DNA of 63,665 bases, the filler included, from Hyphochytrium catenoides (taxonomy: Eukaryota > Protista > Hyphochytriomycota): the NCBI GenBank assembly GCA_900088475.1. It is 10 parts of 10 records of this genome, joined end to end, with 100 filler letters (N's around TTAATTAATTAA, not from the genome) between each part and the next. Parts side by side here need not be neighbours in the genome. Positions count along the whole stretch, not along the records: positions 1 to 3,256 come from FLMG01004240.1; positions 3,357 to 34,317 come from FLMG01000409.1; 8 more parts are not named here. One strand, written 5' to 3'. A program made the translations under genes and the position numbers. The notes below the pieces were generated by a model. It had not been told where the DNA came from, did not search any database, and was given only the letters and a program-made list of their open reading frames with translations. Shown one piece after another: positions 1 to 11,009 of the stretch (position 1 is its first letter; every line of letters begins with the position of its first letter).

Positions 1-2434
1 TCTCTCTCTCTCTCTGTCTTTCTCTCAGGAGTTACGGTTATTTATCTATAAGACACTGACCTTTGTCTTGACGCCATAATACCTCTCTCCGCTCTGTCTT
101 GCACGTCCGCCTAGGTTGCAGGTCCAATGCGTGTGTCTCTATCTGTCTCTGTCTTCCTCCTCTTGAACCGCCTGCCTCTGTATGTCACCTGAGGTCCGTT
201 CTGAGCACTTTTCTTGGTCACTCTCTCTCGCTGTCTGTGCCCTACATATAATGTGATCGCCATATCTATGTGAGACTCTGACTCTTGTTTATATCTCTCC
301 CGCCTGTTGTCTGTGAATTGGCTCGCTTCTTTCCCCCCACAATGGCGGCACCACAACAAGTGCCAGCCCCACAACCTTTGAAAATACTGTAATTACAAGT
401 TGGAGCCAATTCCCTATAGATTATGTGAGAGCAAAAGAGCGCTATATAACGCAGTACTGGATACTGATCTTTAACTGAACTAGAATCTTCAGTAATCTAC
501 TGTCAACCTAAAATCTGATAGAAAACTGGATCAATGAGATAACTAAGCCTTCTTATGAAACACCCACTGCCCCAAGGAAGACTATGAAAAAGAGAAACAA
601 GGAAGAGCTTATCGGGACCTCGAAGCCAGGTGAACTTACGGCCTCTGATGCCTCAGATCATGGCCAACATTGCCCTGGCAGCCACGTCAGTCGTGGTTCT
701 AGCCGGAGCTGATCTCTCTGTCTCTTGGGTCTGCAGTGTACGGCGTTTGGCCTGTGGGTAGAGAAGCCGTGGCAGCAGGACCCACGCTGAGGTTGATGGG
801 AGAGACGATAGGCCACAAGATGTAAAGAAGTGCAAAGCAGCAAGGACTTCACCCGGCCAAGCGCTCTAGGGCCGGGCATGACAGGAAGCGGCGGTGGGGC
901 CAGCCATCGCGAGGAGACGGGGAGCTGGTTTCTTCTCTCCACTGATGCGATGAAGGGAAAAAGTGGAGAATTTCCCTCGCGACCAACAACCACAAGGGTG
1001 TCGTCAGGAGCTGGAGCTGGAAGTTCCAGAGACGGGAAGAGAACTTATGCTGTAAATCCTTGACGCCAAGCTGAAGGAAGCGGTGGCGCTCCTCTGACTG
1101 CTCCGGCAACCCCATGTCATCGTAGAGGGAACGAAGAGAGCACTCAACCGCCGCAGGGGACCAGCAAGCTGATCGGAAGGAAATGACTGAAGAGTGAAAG
1201 GTCTTGACAATCCAGAGCTAAGACCGACACTAGAGAATGACAGGCAGGGATTGTGGTGCACTTCTAAAGGTGTAGTACAAAGTTTAAAGTAGAAAGTGAC
1301 AGGAGTAGAGAAGAAAAGATTTGCTGGCGGTAACTGTCCTGTCATCGATGACTCCCAGTGGAGCTTTCCTGGGGTCATTGCAGGACGGGATGGAGCTTTC
1401 GGCAATGTTTCAGGGCACAGAATAGGCAGAACCGTGATCTCTTTGCAGCTCTTCGATTAGAAGCATTGAGAGATGTCATCTGTCGTGCGAGCTCGAGGAA
1501 CACTGTCGATGGAGAGACAGCTTGACCAACCATCTATATGATATAAGAGAAGCCAGGTCATGTCTATCTGCTTTAGCGAATACTTATCTGCTGGGCGAAC
1601 TATCAAACGCTTCGATGACGGTCATAAGCGGACCTCCAAATTCAGGCGCAGGCGCAACCTTTCAGTACTTCTTAGCCCCAATTCTGCTCCTGACGTCTCC
1701 TCCGTAGAGAATCGGCTGTCTCCGGGGCCACTGCAGGCAACAGCTGCAGCGTGCCGCCACGCCATTCTACGCTTCATCATGTCAATGCATCTTCTGCTAA
1801 CTCTATCATGCCTGCATGGCTACATCGTCTGCCTGTTCTAAATAGTTTGCCTGGCAAAAACGTATCTACTGCTTGCGACGAATCATATAAACTTTCATAG
1901 AATTCAAGACCACCAAGAGCGAGTCAGGTACTGTTGAAACCAGCAATGTCAGAAGGCGACGAGCAAGCCGATAGTCTTACTTTGTAGATAACTCTTTCCT
2001 CTCACAGACCTGACTAAGTCCCTAACAGCGAAAGATGGACTGCGTCTCCCTAATGGCAGTCAAGATGATAGCTCTAGCAAGCAAGAGCGCGAATCCGAAA
2101 GCGAGGCGATGCGGTGGCAGCNNNNNNNNNNNNNNNNNNNNNNNNNNNNNNNNNNNNNNNNNNNNNNNNNNNNNNNNNNNNNNNNACCTCCAGCTTTATC
2201 AATAATGTCGAACATCAAGAAATTGGTTGCATCTTCATTGTCCGAATCCGAAGCTTCAGAAGCTCCAGCCGCAGCGCCAGGGATTCCGTGGTCAGAGCTC
2301 CAGAGACTAGCAGACGGAGACGGCAACAGAGGCGAGAAAGGAAAGGAGCTCTTCTTCTTGAGTCAAGCGGAGAGGCTATCACTTCTTCCTCATCGCTTAG
2401 AATCTGCGCAGGGCATACAGCACCCGAAGTAAAT

Positions 2435-3056
2435 ATGAGTGGGGCAAAGCTATGGGGAGGACGGTTCCGGGGGAAGGTGGATCCTATTATGGAGAAGTTT
2501 AATGAGTCTCTGAGCTTTGATCGCCGGATGTGGAAGGCTGACATTGAAGGCAGTAAAGCCTACGCCAGAGGTAGGCCAATCTTTCACTTGTTACTGCTTC
2601 TCCAATCTGCCTCTTTGTCCCCTTTTCTTCGCTATCTCTCTCTCTCGCCTCTTTCTCGCTCTCTCTTCGCTTTCGCTTGCAGCTTCTCTCCCTTCTCTCT
2701 TTCTTTCTCTCTTTCGTCTCTCTCCCTCCTTCGCTTTCTCCCTTTCCGCGCTCTCTCCGTTTCCTCCCTCTCCCCTTTAATCATCTCTTACTCCTCATTC
2801 CCTTCGACGACCGTCTGACCCTTTTGTGCTATGTACGCCTGCCTCCCGCCTTACTCGTCACCTGACTCTCCTACGCAACCGCCCCACCGCCTCTTTCTCT
2901 AATGATCCCTTCCACTTTCCAATTGCTCCCTGTCTCTCTCTCTTTCACAAAGCGAACCAGAGAGTGGGAGTGCTGACGGCAGAGGAGGCTGATGAGATCA
3001 TCAAAGGGTTGGACTTGGTCTATAAGGAGTGGGAGCAGGACAAGTTTGTTGTTAAG
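2435..3056 (+). CDS. ASL: Argininosuccinate lyase, first two exons (2435-2570, 2953-3056); truncated by contig end
   Basis: [11 protein letters not shown]...[44 protein letters not shown] is the canonical ArgH/ASL N-terminus. A phase-1 GT(2571)..AG(2952) intron restores the frame. Confidence 0.93.
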
Positions 3057-3256
3057 GTTAAAATTCTTTTAGCAGCATCTTCCGCATCTCTCTCCCACTC
3101 CCTAGTCCTCTCGTGCACCTCTATGTCTCTCTCATTTTCTCCTTCTCTCTCCCTCTCGTGCACCTCTATGTCTCCCCTCTCTCATCTTCTTCTCCTCTCT
3201 CTCGTGTGTGTGTCTCTCTCTCTCTCTCTCTCGCTCCGCTCTCTCTTCTTTGGGCT

Positions 3257-3356
3257 NNNNNNNNNNNNNNNNNNNNNNNNNNNNNNNNNNNNNNNNNNNN
3301 TTAATTAATTAANNNNNNNNNNNNNNNNNNNNNNNNNNNNNNNNNNNNNNNNNNNN
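3257..3356. other. Artificial contig linker N44-TTAATTAATTAA-N44 (also near 34362, 43208, 46997, 49963, 53521, 57612, 60960, 62482)
   Basis: Identical N-flanked 12-mer with stops in all six frames. Confidence 0.97.
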
Positions 3357-3794
3357 TGGATTTTACAGTTAGCTAAATTGTATGATTCAATTGTTCACAT
3401 TCATTTTTCACCATTGGGTCCTTGTAAAGGTGATTTCACTCTGATATTATTACTTTACGATGATTTAGGAAGAGATAGGCTTGTCTCGGAATTTTGCGAA
3501 TTATGATTGTGGTCTCTTTCAGTGTGTTATTCGGGTTTGAGTCTCGGGTTGCGTAGCTCGAGTTGCGTAGCTCGAGGGATTGGTACTGTTTCGTCATCTA
3601 ACCGTAGCTCTAACGGTATGTAGAACTACTCCACTATTTCAACGCTTTTCTTCTGTCGTTCAGTGCTTGAGTGCTCTCATCCTTCAAGTACAGTAACATT
3701 CTCAAGCATTATATTTCTATATTTTAAGCTAATCTACTCTCTTGAGTGCGTGGGGTACTCATAACTGTTTGCCTTCGAATCTCTATTATTAGTC

Positions 3795-5200
3795 TTACAC
3801 GTGAGTGCCTGCTGGACGAGTCAGATCGTGTGTGTAGAATTTGTTGATATTGGCCCCCACTCTCCTGACGACTTGCGCTCCTTGATGACGAATCCTCTTT
3901 CGTCTGCGAGAACGTATCTTATGATGGGGTGACCTCCAACAACGTAGTCGTCTAAGAGTACTTTCTTTACTCTACTATATAGGCATTCTCCGACCTGAAC
4001 TCGAGTGTCAACAACGGGGAACACTTACTTCAATGGGAACTAACGGGGGGTTACTTTTGCGGTTGATATGCTGCAAGGTATGATAGACTTCTTGAATGAT
4101 AAATCGGCAGCCGCCCTTCTCACCCCATAAGGCGGCAAAGTGTACCTCCATGGTGCGTACGTACTTGATGGTAGAGTGGGTGGTTAAATTATAGTCGTGT
4201 AGCACGTCATGAAGCTTTGTTATTATGTCCCAACAACAAACCGACGACCTTCTCCGTTTTCCTTTTGATTGTGCCGTTGAAGCGCTCAATGATACTCAAT
4301 CAGAAGAGGGCGGTAGTAGCCGAAGCTACTTTGCTGGCTAACGCTATGTCGGTGGCAGACTCTTTCTACATATTCATTACTGAATTCTCCTCCATTGTCT
4401 GAAAGGAGCATCGCAGGTGACATTATTCGTAGGTAGGTACCAGCAACCTTCCATGCGAAAACTAACACATTTCTTCGTCGGTAGTCCTCGATAAATGCGC
4501 GACTGCCTCAAAGCGTTCCCTGTAGGTCATAATAAAGTACTCCACCGTCTCCTCAGGGATCTTAATGAATTGACTAAACATCTGAACTAGAAGTGATGCT
4601 ATAAGGACGGCTTCTTTCGCATCGACGACGTAGCTGAGAGCAAAGCGGCTGAAGGCATCTATTGCGTTGAATAAGTGATACAGGCGTTGTCCTCGAGGCA
4701 CGGGAATGAAGCTGCCTGCCATCATCTTGGTATCCTCCGCGACTCTCTCAAAGGCTCTACGCTTCTTAGGGGTGTTGTCATAGTAAAATATGGGGATGAG
4801 GGTCAGGTCCATTTTTTGGAACTTCTTTAGAGGGCCATTTACTACTGCCGTGATGGACCTCTTGTTATGGCCTGACGGCAAACGAGGCAGTCTGCGCTGA
4901 TCCATGCTATACCAACCACGAAGATAAAAGAAGCAACCGTAGTGGTTCTCTTCATAGAATTTGAGGTATGTGTGCTTAGGGCACTGTGCTGCTTCACTAA
5001 CGCAGAACTGCACCCACTGCTGCATTTGCTCATAGAAAAGAGAACAAAAACAAACTATCGCTCGTCGTTGTTGATCACTTATGGGTGGGTATACGTCATG
5101 CTGTTCGCCACGAGCCACGCTGTCGCTTGGCTTTCTGTGTTGGTGGTTGAATAAGAAGGATTTGGAGCTTTCTCGCTGTCGGAGCCACGAAAAAGAATAG
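3795..5200 (-). pseudogene. DDE (rve) integrase pseudogene, Polinton/c-integrase-like
   Basis: ORF fragments 4462-5118, 4286-4468, 4008-4289 and 3821-4024 carry the D, D and E motifs and the C-terminal IRYVLADERG module in different frames. Confidence 0.88.
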
Positions 5201-5225
5201 CGTTATGCTTTGCTCCGCTGCACGC

Positions 5226-5813
5226 CTACAGCTCGGTTATTGCTGTAGAACAGCTGAGTCTTCTCTTGAGGCTGCGGCCATTTTCACGTTCGTAGTTCTG
5301 CCTTACTGACTGAAGATAGCGCTTCAGTGCACCTAACTCCTTTTCATGTGCCATATAGTCGTTGATGTCAGCGTTCAGGTAATCTCGCAATAGAATTGGG
5401 AGGTGGCGGATATTGGCTGGCTTTACCATGGAGACTCGACTCCCGTGCCCCTGCTCAAGTTCTTTAAGATATTGCATCTCTCGGAGTGCTTGCTTGGGAA
5501 GAAGTGAGTGCCTTTCATATTTGGCCTGAAGGTTATCACAATCCATGAGGCAAGACTTAAAATCATCTGGGCTCATCTTCTGGAAGAGACAACCTTGCAT
5601 CATCTTGGCAGAGTCTCTCATAATGGAGGACCTCTGCTTGCGCTGGAGTACCGGCGCGCGTCGGTTGGTTGCTTTCGCGGCCGATTCTGTCTGTCCTGGT
5701 AGCGGTGGGTCATATGCCATGTCAAAGAGACGGGCGCCGTCTACTCCCGCTCGCTGCAAAAGCTGAATGACCTCATCATTGTTAGCCTTGGCCGCTTCGC
5801 GAAGCTGCTTCAC
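5226..5813 (-). pseudogene. Unknown ORF fragment upstream of integrase (ORF-A, left copy)
   Basis: 195-aa ORF nearly identical to 15778-16368 apart from a locally frameshifted patch. It has no ATG start and no recognisable domain. Confidence 0.6.
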
Positions 5814-5829
5814 CCGACGCGGCCATCGT

Positions 5830-6643
5830 GTTCAACACTTACTCTGCCGTTGACCTTTAGGCTGTGAGTGATGGATGTCATTGTTATCTTCGTTGACATC
5901 GAAGTTCGGCCTGTGGTGAGAGAAAGACAGGAGTTCCAATCAACGGAGATTGGAATAGAGGACTTCCTCTTTCTTGTATGACGAGAAGAGTTCAATGGAG
6001 TGGTCTGACTGGTGATGCTCGCGAAGTTATTGAGACTGCTAACACTAAAGGACCGAGAGAGGCACACCACAGAGCCGTCTTCATGGGGTTGCTTGAGAGA
6101 CAGAGAGAGGGTCGTCAACGCTTCTATCCCTAAGCAGTCCCCCGGCTGCATCAGCGGAGATTGCAGAGCTACGGGGACTGAGAATGAGCACTTTCCCTGA
6201 GTCCACTGCAATGCTGGCCCTGCTGCTATTTCTTAGAATCTTATCTGCATCTTTAACCTTTGCGTTGGCCTTCATCAGACGGGGTTCTAATCTCTCTCTT
6301 CGCAATGACCTTCTGCCGGTGGTGCTGCCAGGTGTCGGAATGTCTGGCACCAGGACGAGNNNNNNNNNNNNNNNNNNNNNNAGTCATATCCATTGACAGC
6401 TAAAGAGCAGCGCAGAGAAGTAGTTTGAAAGACAGATTAACTATAAGCCAAGCCTTTGTAATCATCTGGATGGGTGAGGGCGGAGGAGGAAGGAGTACCT
6501 GCACTTTCAGGCACCTCATGACCTTGTGGCTTGATTTCCAAGCTTTCCAGATTCAGCTTCCTTGCGGTCGCGATCCTTTGGAAACGAGAGGCCGGAGCCT
6601 GCCCACTCTCCACCTCCTCCTGCTGATTCGATTCTCGATTCAT
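5830..6643 (-). pseudogene. Possible disrupted host-like gene fragment abutting the left arm
   Basis: The ATG at 6643 (MNRESNQQEEVESG...) follows a CT-rich tract and has a possible GT donor. The sequence is coding-like at 6081-6350, then has stops. It spans a 22-N gap. Confidence 0.25.
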
Positions 6644-8047
6644 CGTCTGTTAGTAGGATAGAGACGCCTGGCGGAGGACCGAGACAGGTATGATAGGTAA
6701 AATGGACGAAGAAAGGAGAGAACTAACTAGGGGCGTTTTTGAGAACGTGTGATGTGTGATGAGCTTCTTCAACAAACAAGAGATGGCCCTTGATTATTAA
6801 AGAGCTTCATCATCGGCAAGCTTCAGATCTCTGTATGAGTGGTCTGTAGAACTCTGGGCCTAGTCTTCGGAGACGGAGAAAGGAGAAAGAGAGACAGAGA
6901 GAGAGGCGCGAGATAGAAAGGGAGAGAGAGAGAGAGGTAGCGACAAAGGAACTGAAAGAGCGAGAGCACCTTGAATCCGTTTCATGATAAATGAAGGTAA
7001 AGAATGAAGAACGGCCTCAAGGCTCAGCTCTATGTTGAGAGTTCACAATACCGTCTCCTAGCAACTGTTGATGATAAGACCCTTCTCAGAAAGCCAGCAA
7101 GGCACCGCCTCGCCATGCTTTTCTAGCTAATAGTGGTAATGGTGGGGTCGAAGTTCGTTCATGATTTGATCAGGGCAGCACCTCGATTCTAGTGGATAGT
7201 TGTCAGTGGAGTGCATTAGTAGAGCTCAGTGGAGTTTTGGAAGAAGAAGAGAAGATGAATGAGCATGACCGCGAAATGTTGAAAGCAGAGCTTGGAGAAA
7301 GGTAGAGTGCTGGCGTATTTGGCGTTCACAAAGCTTCTAGCACTCACTACTAAGATTGTTGAATGCTGTGACTGCCAAAAGTCTGCCTTTGAGCGAAAAT
7401 AAGATGAGTGTCTGCCTTTGATTGCATAGACTGAGTAGATGGGTGCGGTAGGATGTGAAAAAGTCGTCTGTATGCATGTCATCTGTACTGGTTATGACTG
7501 GAGATTCTCAATCGTTATTATAGACAGGAATAGTGAACCTTAGGAGAGAAGAAGCTCTTTACTAATCATGTTTGGGAAAAAGAGGAGCCGATAAGGGGTC
7601 GAACACTTTTTCCGGCTTTACTCTCGAGTTGTGATGCCTTCGATGCACCGCCCAAGCGTCACTCTGACTTCACCGCCGGAAGGTTGGCCTTCAAGAAGGC
7701 TGAAAACCTTCTGATGATGAGAGACGGCTCAGCGATTAGGAATCTCGATGGGACAGAACTGCTGCATTCTGCTGACCTTGCATCCACTCGACATACTGTG
7801 GACGGGTTAGCCTGTCTTTCTGCGAGCAGCTCTAGTAATGAATAAGACTGTGCGTGCTATGGTTAACTCTTTCAGTAAGGAGTCTGACGAGTACGGGCAC
7901 ATGAGTATCATTCCAAAGGAACGCTCAATACTGACGTCCATTATCAACGTTATAAGGGCTGCCGCCAGCGATGGCCGATGCTCTGACTGAGGAAGGGAAT
8001 CTAATAACGGTCTTCCTTGTTCAGCTCTCATCATTTATAGACTCCTT

Positions 8048-9796
8048 TTATGGCTTAGATACTATTAGAGGGGAGACAGCGGCGGAGGGCGCCTCTCGTC
8101 TGGTGGACATCCACACGAGATTCATCAGAAATCCTGCTACGGACCCGTTACTAGATCCTCCTCTACCGCCAGCAGCTCCTCTCATGTTGCCCATCACGAA
8201 GCGGTTGTACGAAGGGATGAGAAGCTTGTACACCTCTTCCTCGATGCCGGCGAAGACATTTCTCTTCATCTCATCCTTCATGTTAAGCATAAGGAGGACC
8301 GTCTTCTTTACTCTTTCTCGTGGTCTTTCCTCGACATTGATCTCAAACAGTCCGCCCGGTTGCAGGAAATCGTCGAGTATCCTCTTCGCCGTTGACGACC
8401 TAATCTCATTGCTCTCCTCATTCTTAAACAACGTCAGAGTTTCTAGGAAGATCATGTTCTCCACGTTAAACTCCCTCTCCAGATACACCTTGAAGAGCGC
8501 AAACATCTCCGGGGACTGCAGGGACTCCCTCAGTTCCTCCGGCGTGGAAACCGTCAAAAGACGATGGCTCGAGAGGGAGAATAACCTTCTTTCCCATGCC
8601 TCCGACCCCCGATTGCCCCTCCTGCTAGCTTTCCTACCCCCATGGGTGCGTCCAGATGCCGCCGTCTTATCCCCGTTCGAAGCCAATTCGTCATTGCCGC
8701 CCCGTTCTCCTCTCTCCGCCGTGTCTAGATTCTTATGGCGAAAGGATAATAGGATTGGGGAAATCGTGGAGTACCAGGTATAGGCAAGAAGCGCGCAGAT
8801 GAAGGATAGCTGTCCCAGGACGTACGCGTTGCGTCTCCTGCCTTGCCCTAGTCGCGTAGCAAAGGCGGCCATGGCCATGAGTGGCGTCCCCATAACGGCA
8901 AAGAAGATGACTTCGTTCCAGCTGTCTGCCAGGCGGAAGGCGTCATGCACATCGCTGATGAGGTAAGCGGCGAGGATGTTCAGAAGCAGCAGGAACCACC
9001 ACATGCCCAGGCAGACTCCTCGCTATGAAGGGAGAACGCAGGCTGTCGTCAGTGCACACATGGAGTGAGAGGGTGAAGGAGGGGATGGGATAGGAGGGAA
9101 GAGAATGAAACAATCGCTAACCTCAAGTTCAGATCCATAGACGATACATTCGGAGTGTGTCATCGGCTCCATGAGAACATGTCTTCTGGAGATCAGTCGC
9201 CAAGCAGTGGGCAGGAAGAATACAATCCCTGCTGTCGCTAACATCTGCAGCAGCTTGCCTTCGGACTTGAAGGCCAGTACCCAGCGCGAGCTCAGCCAGC
9301 TAGCAAAAGTGTGAGAACTTGCTCTCTCGCCATCCGTCCCTTCTCCTGCAGCGCTCACAGTGGTCTCATGGCCCTCGTTTGAAAGATGTCCCGCTCTGGT
9401 AAGCTTCCTCTGGAGCCTAGCTTTGATCCATATGGAGATTGTCTGCAGCGCTGTCCCGCAGAGGAAAGGGAAATAGTCAAAGTAGCAGAGAATGATGTGA
9501 AGGCCACAGGGAATCTTAGGCATGATGATGGCCTGAGAAAGCGACACCACGTAAAGGGTCGCACCCACTTGGGAGATGAGCAGTAAGGTAGAGGGCATCG
9601 CGACCAAGGGGAAGGCATGGCGGCGGAGTCGAAAGAGTAGACATAAAGGGACAAGACCCAGAACTTTTGTCAGCACGATACTCAGCACGAGATCTCTAGC
9701 CCAGGAGGAGCTACAGTCTATGTAGCTGAGGGTCAGATGATCCCCAGAAGATCCGGAAGAACCAGAAGAAGAGGAGTACGATGACGACACCACCAT
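8048..9796 (-). CDS. 7TM-RGS protein (seven-TM receptor fused to a regulator of G-protein signalling domain); exons 9796-9122 and 9022-8048, ~549 aa
   Basis: Seven hydrophobic segments precede an RGS box (LFKVYLEREFNVENMIF...ILDDFLQPGGLFEINV...EEEVYKLLIPSYNRF). A 99-nt GTTAG..CATAG intron at 9121-9023 joins the two ORFs in frame. Confidence 0.88.
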
Positions 9797-11009
9797 CTTT
9801 CTTTTATTTTGGACCGTCACCTCTGCCCTAGTCTTTCCCGTATCCTGTTGCTGCACTGTATAATAAACTCGCAATGATGTAAGGGTTCTGGTCTACGTTG
9901 CCTGTAAGAGTGCCCACCACCACCGCGCCGCACCCGCATCTTCGAGAATAATGATGATGGGACAGGTAAGGAAGTGCTGTTATTGTCTTTGGGAGAGAAA
10001 ATTGGCTCAGCAAGGGGAGGGAGGCCGCTTTATACAAGGAGGAGGAGTGGGCTGAGTGAAGAGAGAGTGTGAGGGAATAATAAGGACGAAAGGACACTGC
10101 CCTGGATCCTCGCTGCTCATCTGGTCGGCGTGTGACCACTTCTTTGGTCCTCAAGTTTCTCTCCATCCGCTCTGGAGCGCTATCCTCCCCGCCGGTACTA
10201 TTATAATGATCAAGCCATCAATCATCCTGGTGCCCCAACCACAGAAGCTAAGCAACAGTAAGAAAGAACAGAGGCGACAGAAAACATTTGCAATAATAAT
10301 AAAAAGAGATCTTATTATTTTTGTAACGGCTCACTGCGTTCACGGTTTTTAGTGGGCAGAGTCCAGTATTCGTGGGTCTAACTAACACTCAGCACCGAGA
10401 TTAAAGGTGGAAGAGTGGCACTTGATTATGAGACAAAACGTTGTTCAAATCGGCTGTTCGACGGTGTTACCGATATTATGATTCCCGAAATCAAGGGATG
10501 TGTAGGCCAGCGCCTACCGGTACCTGTGGTTACTGTCGGCCATCGTTCAAAAAGCCATAGTTAATATTCCTAGGACCGCTCTCAGATGAAACGCCAATTT
10601 TCAGGAGCAACGGTTGCGGATCCTACCAGCGCGAAGAGTAACGAGGTACGTTCCCTGTCTCGGCTCCTGCTGTCCGCTTCGCTTGTAAGCTCACTACCAA
10701 GCTTAATAAACAAAGGTCATTAGTCTGCTGCACGCCGCCAGTCGACCGCTGAGCTATCTCATAAATGACAACAGCGATCAACAGATAGACAGCCCTCCAT
10801 CTGCTACTGCAGTAGACTCTAAGGACGGAGCCTAACCTGCCTAAGGCCCACTCCTCGAAGAGAAGTTAGTTCCCGAAGGCCGACCGACTCCTCGAAGCGA
10901 AGTCCATCTCATTATTTATGCAAATCTCCGCCGCAGCTCCCGCCGCCGCCGCATCTGATCTCTGCTCAATCAGCGCACGGACAACCATTCTTCGTGAAGA
11001 AAGGAAACG

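Larger units (their letters stand above)
3357..5828 (-). mobile_element. Left arm: decayed Polinton/Maverick-type integrase segment, inverted copy of 15763-18195
   Basis: The reverse complement aligns end to end with 15763-18195. It encodes rve motifs FQ(K)MDL, IDAFSRFA, SDNGGEF, IERFNGTIKRK and YNLTTHSTIK across frameshifts. The outer end is cut by the contig start. Confidence 0.88.

Noticed and set aside
600-2000. Coding-like sequence upstream of ASL
   Set aside because: No consistent exon chain or recognisable domain on either strand, so it is left unassigned.
3257-3356. Recurring TTAATTAATTAA motif (resembles TTAA target sites or a repeat array)
   Set aside because: It is always centred in fixed-length N runs, so it is an artificial six-frame-stop contig linker.
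7000-7950. Possible additional decayed ORF inside the island
   Set aside because: Only short frames, with no identifiable motif.
7971-8783. 270-aa plus-strand ORF
   Set aside because: It is the antisense shadow of the RGS exon and has no independent motif.
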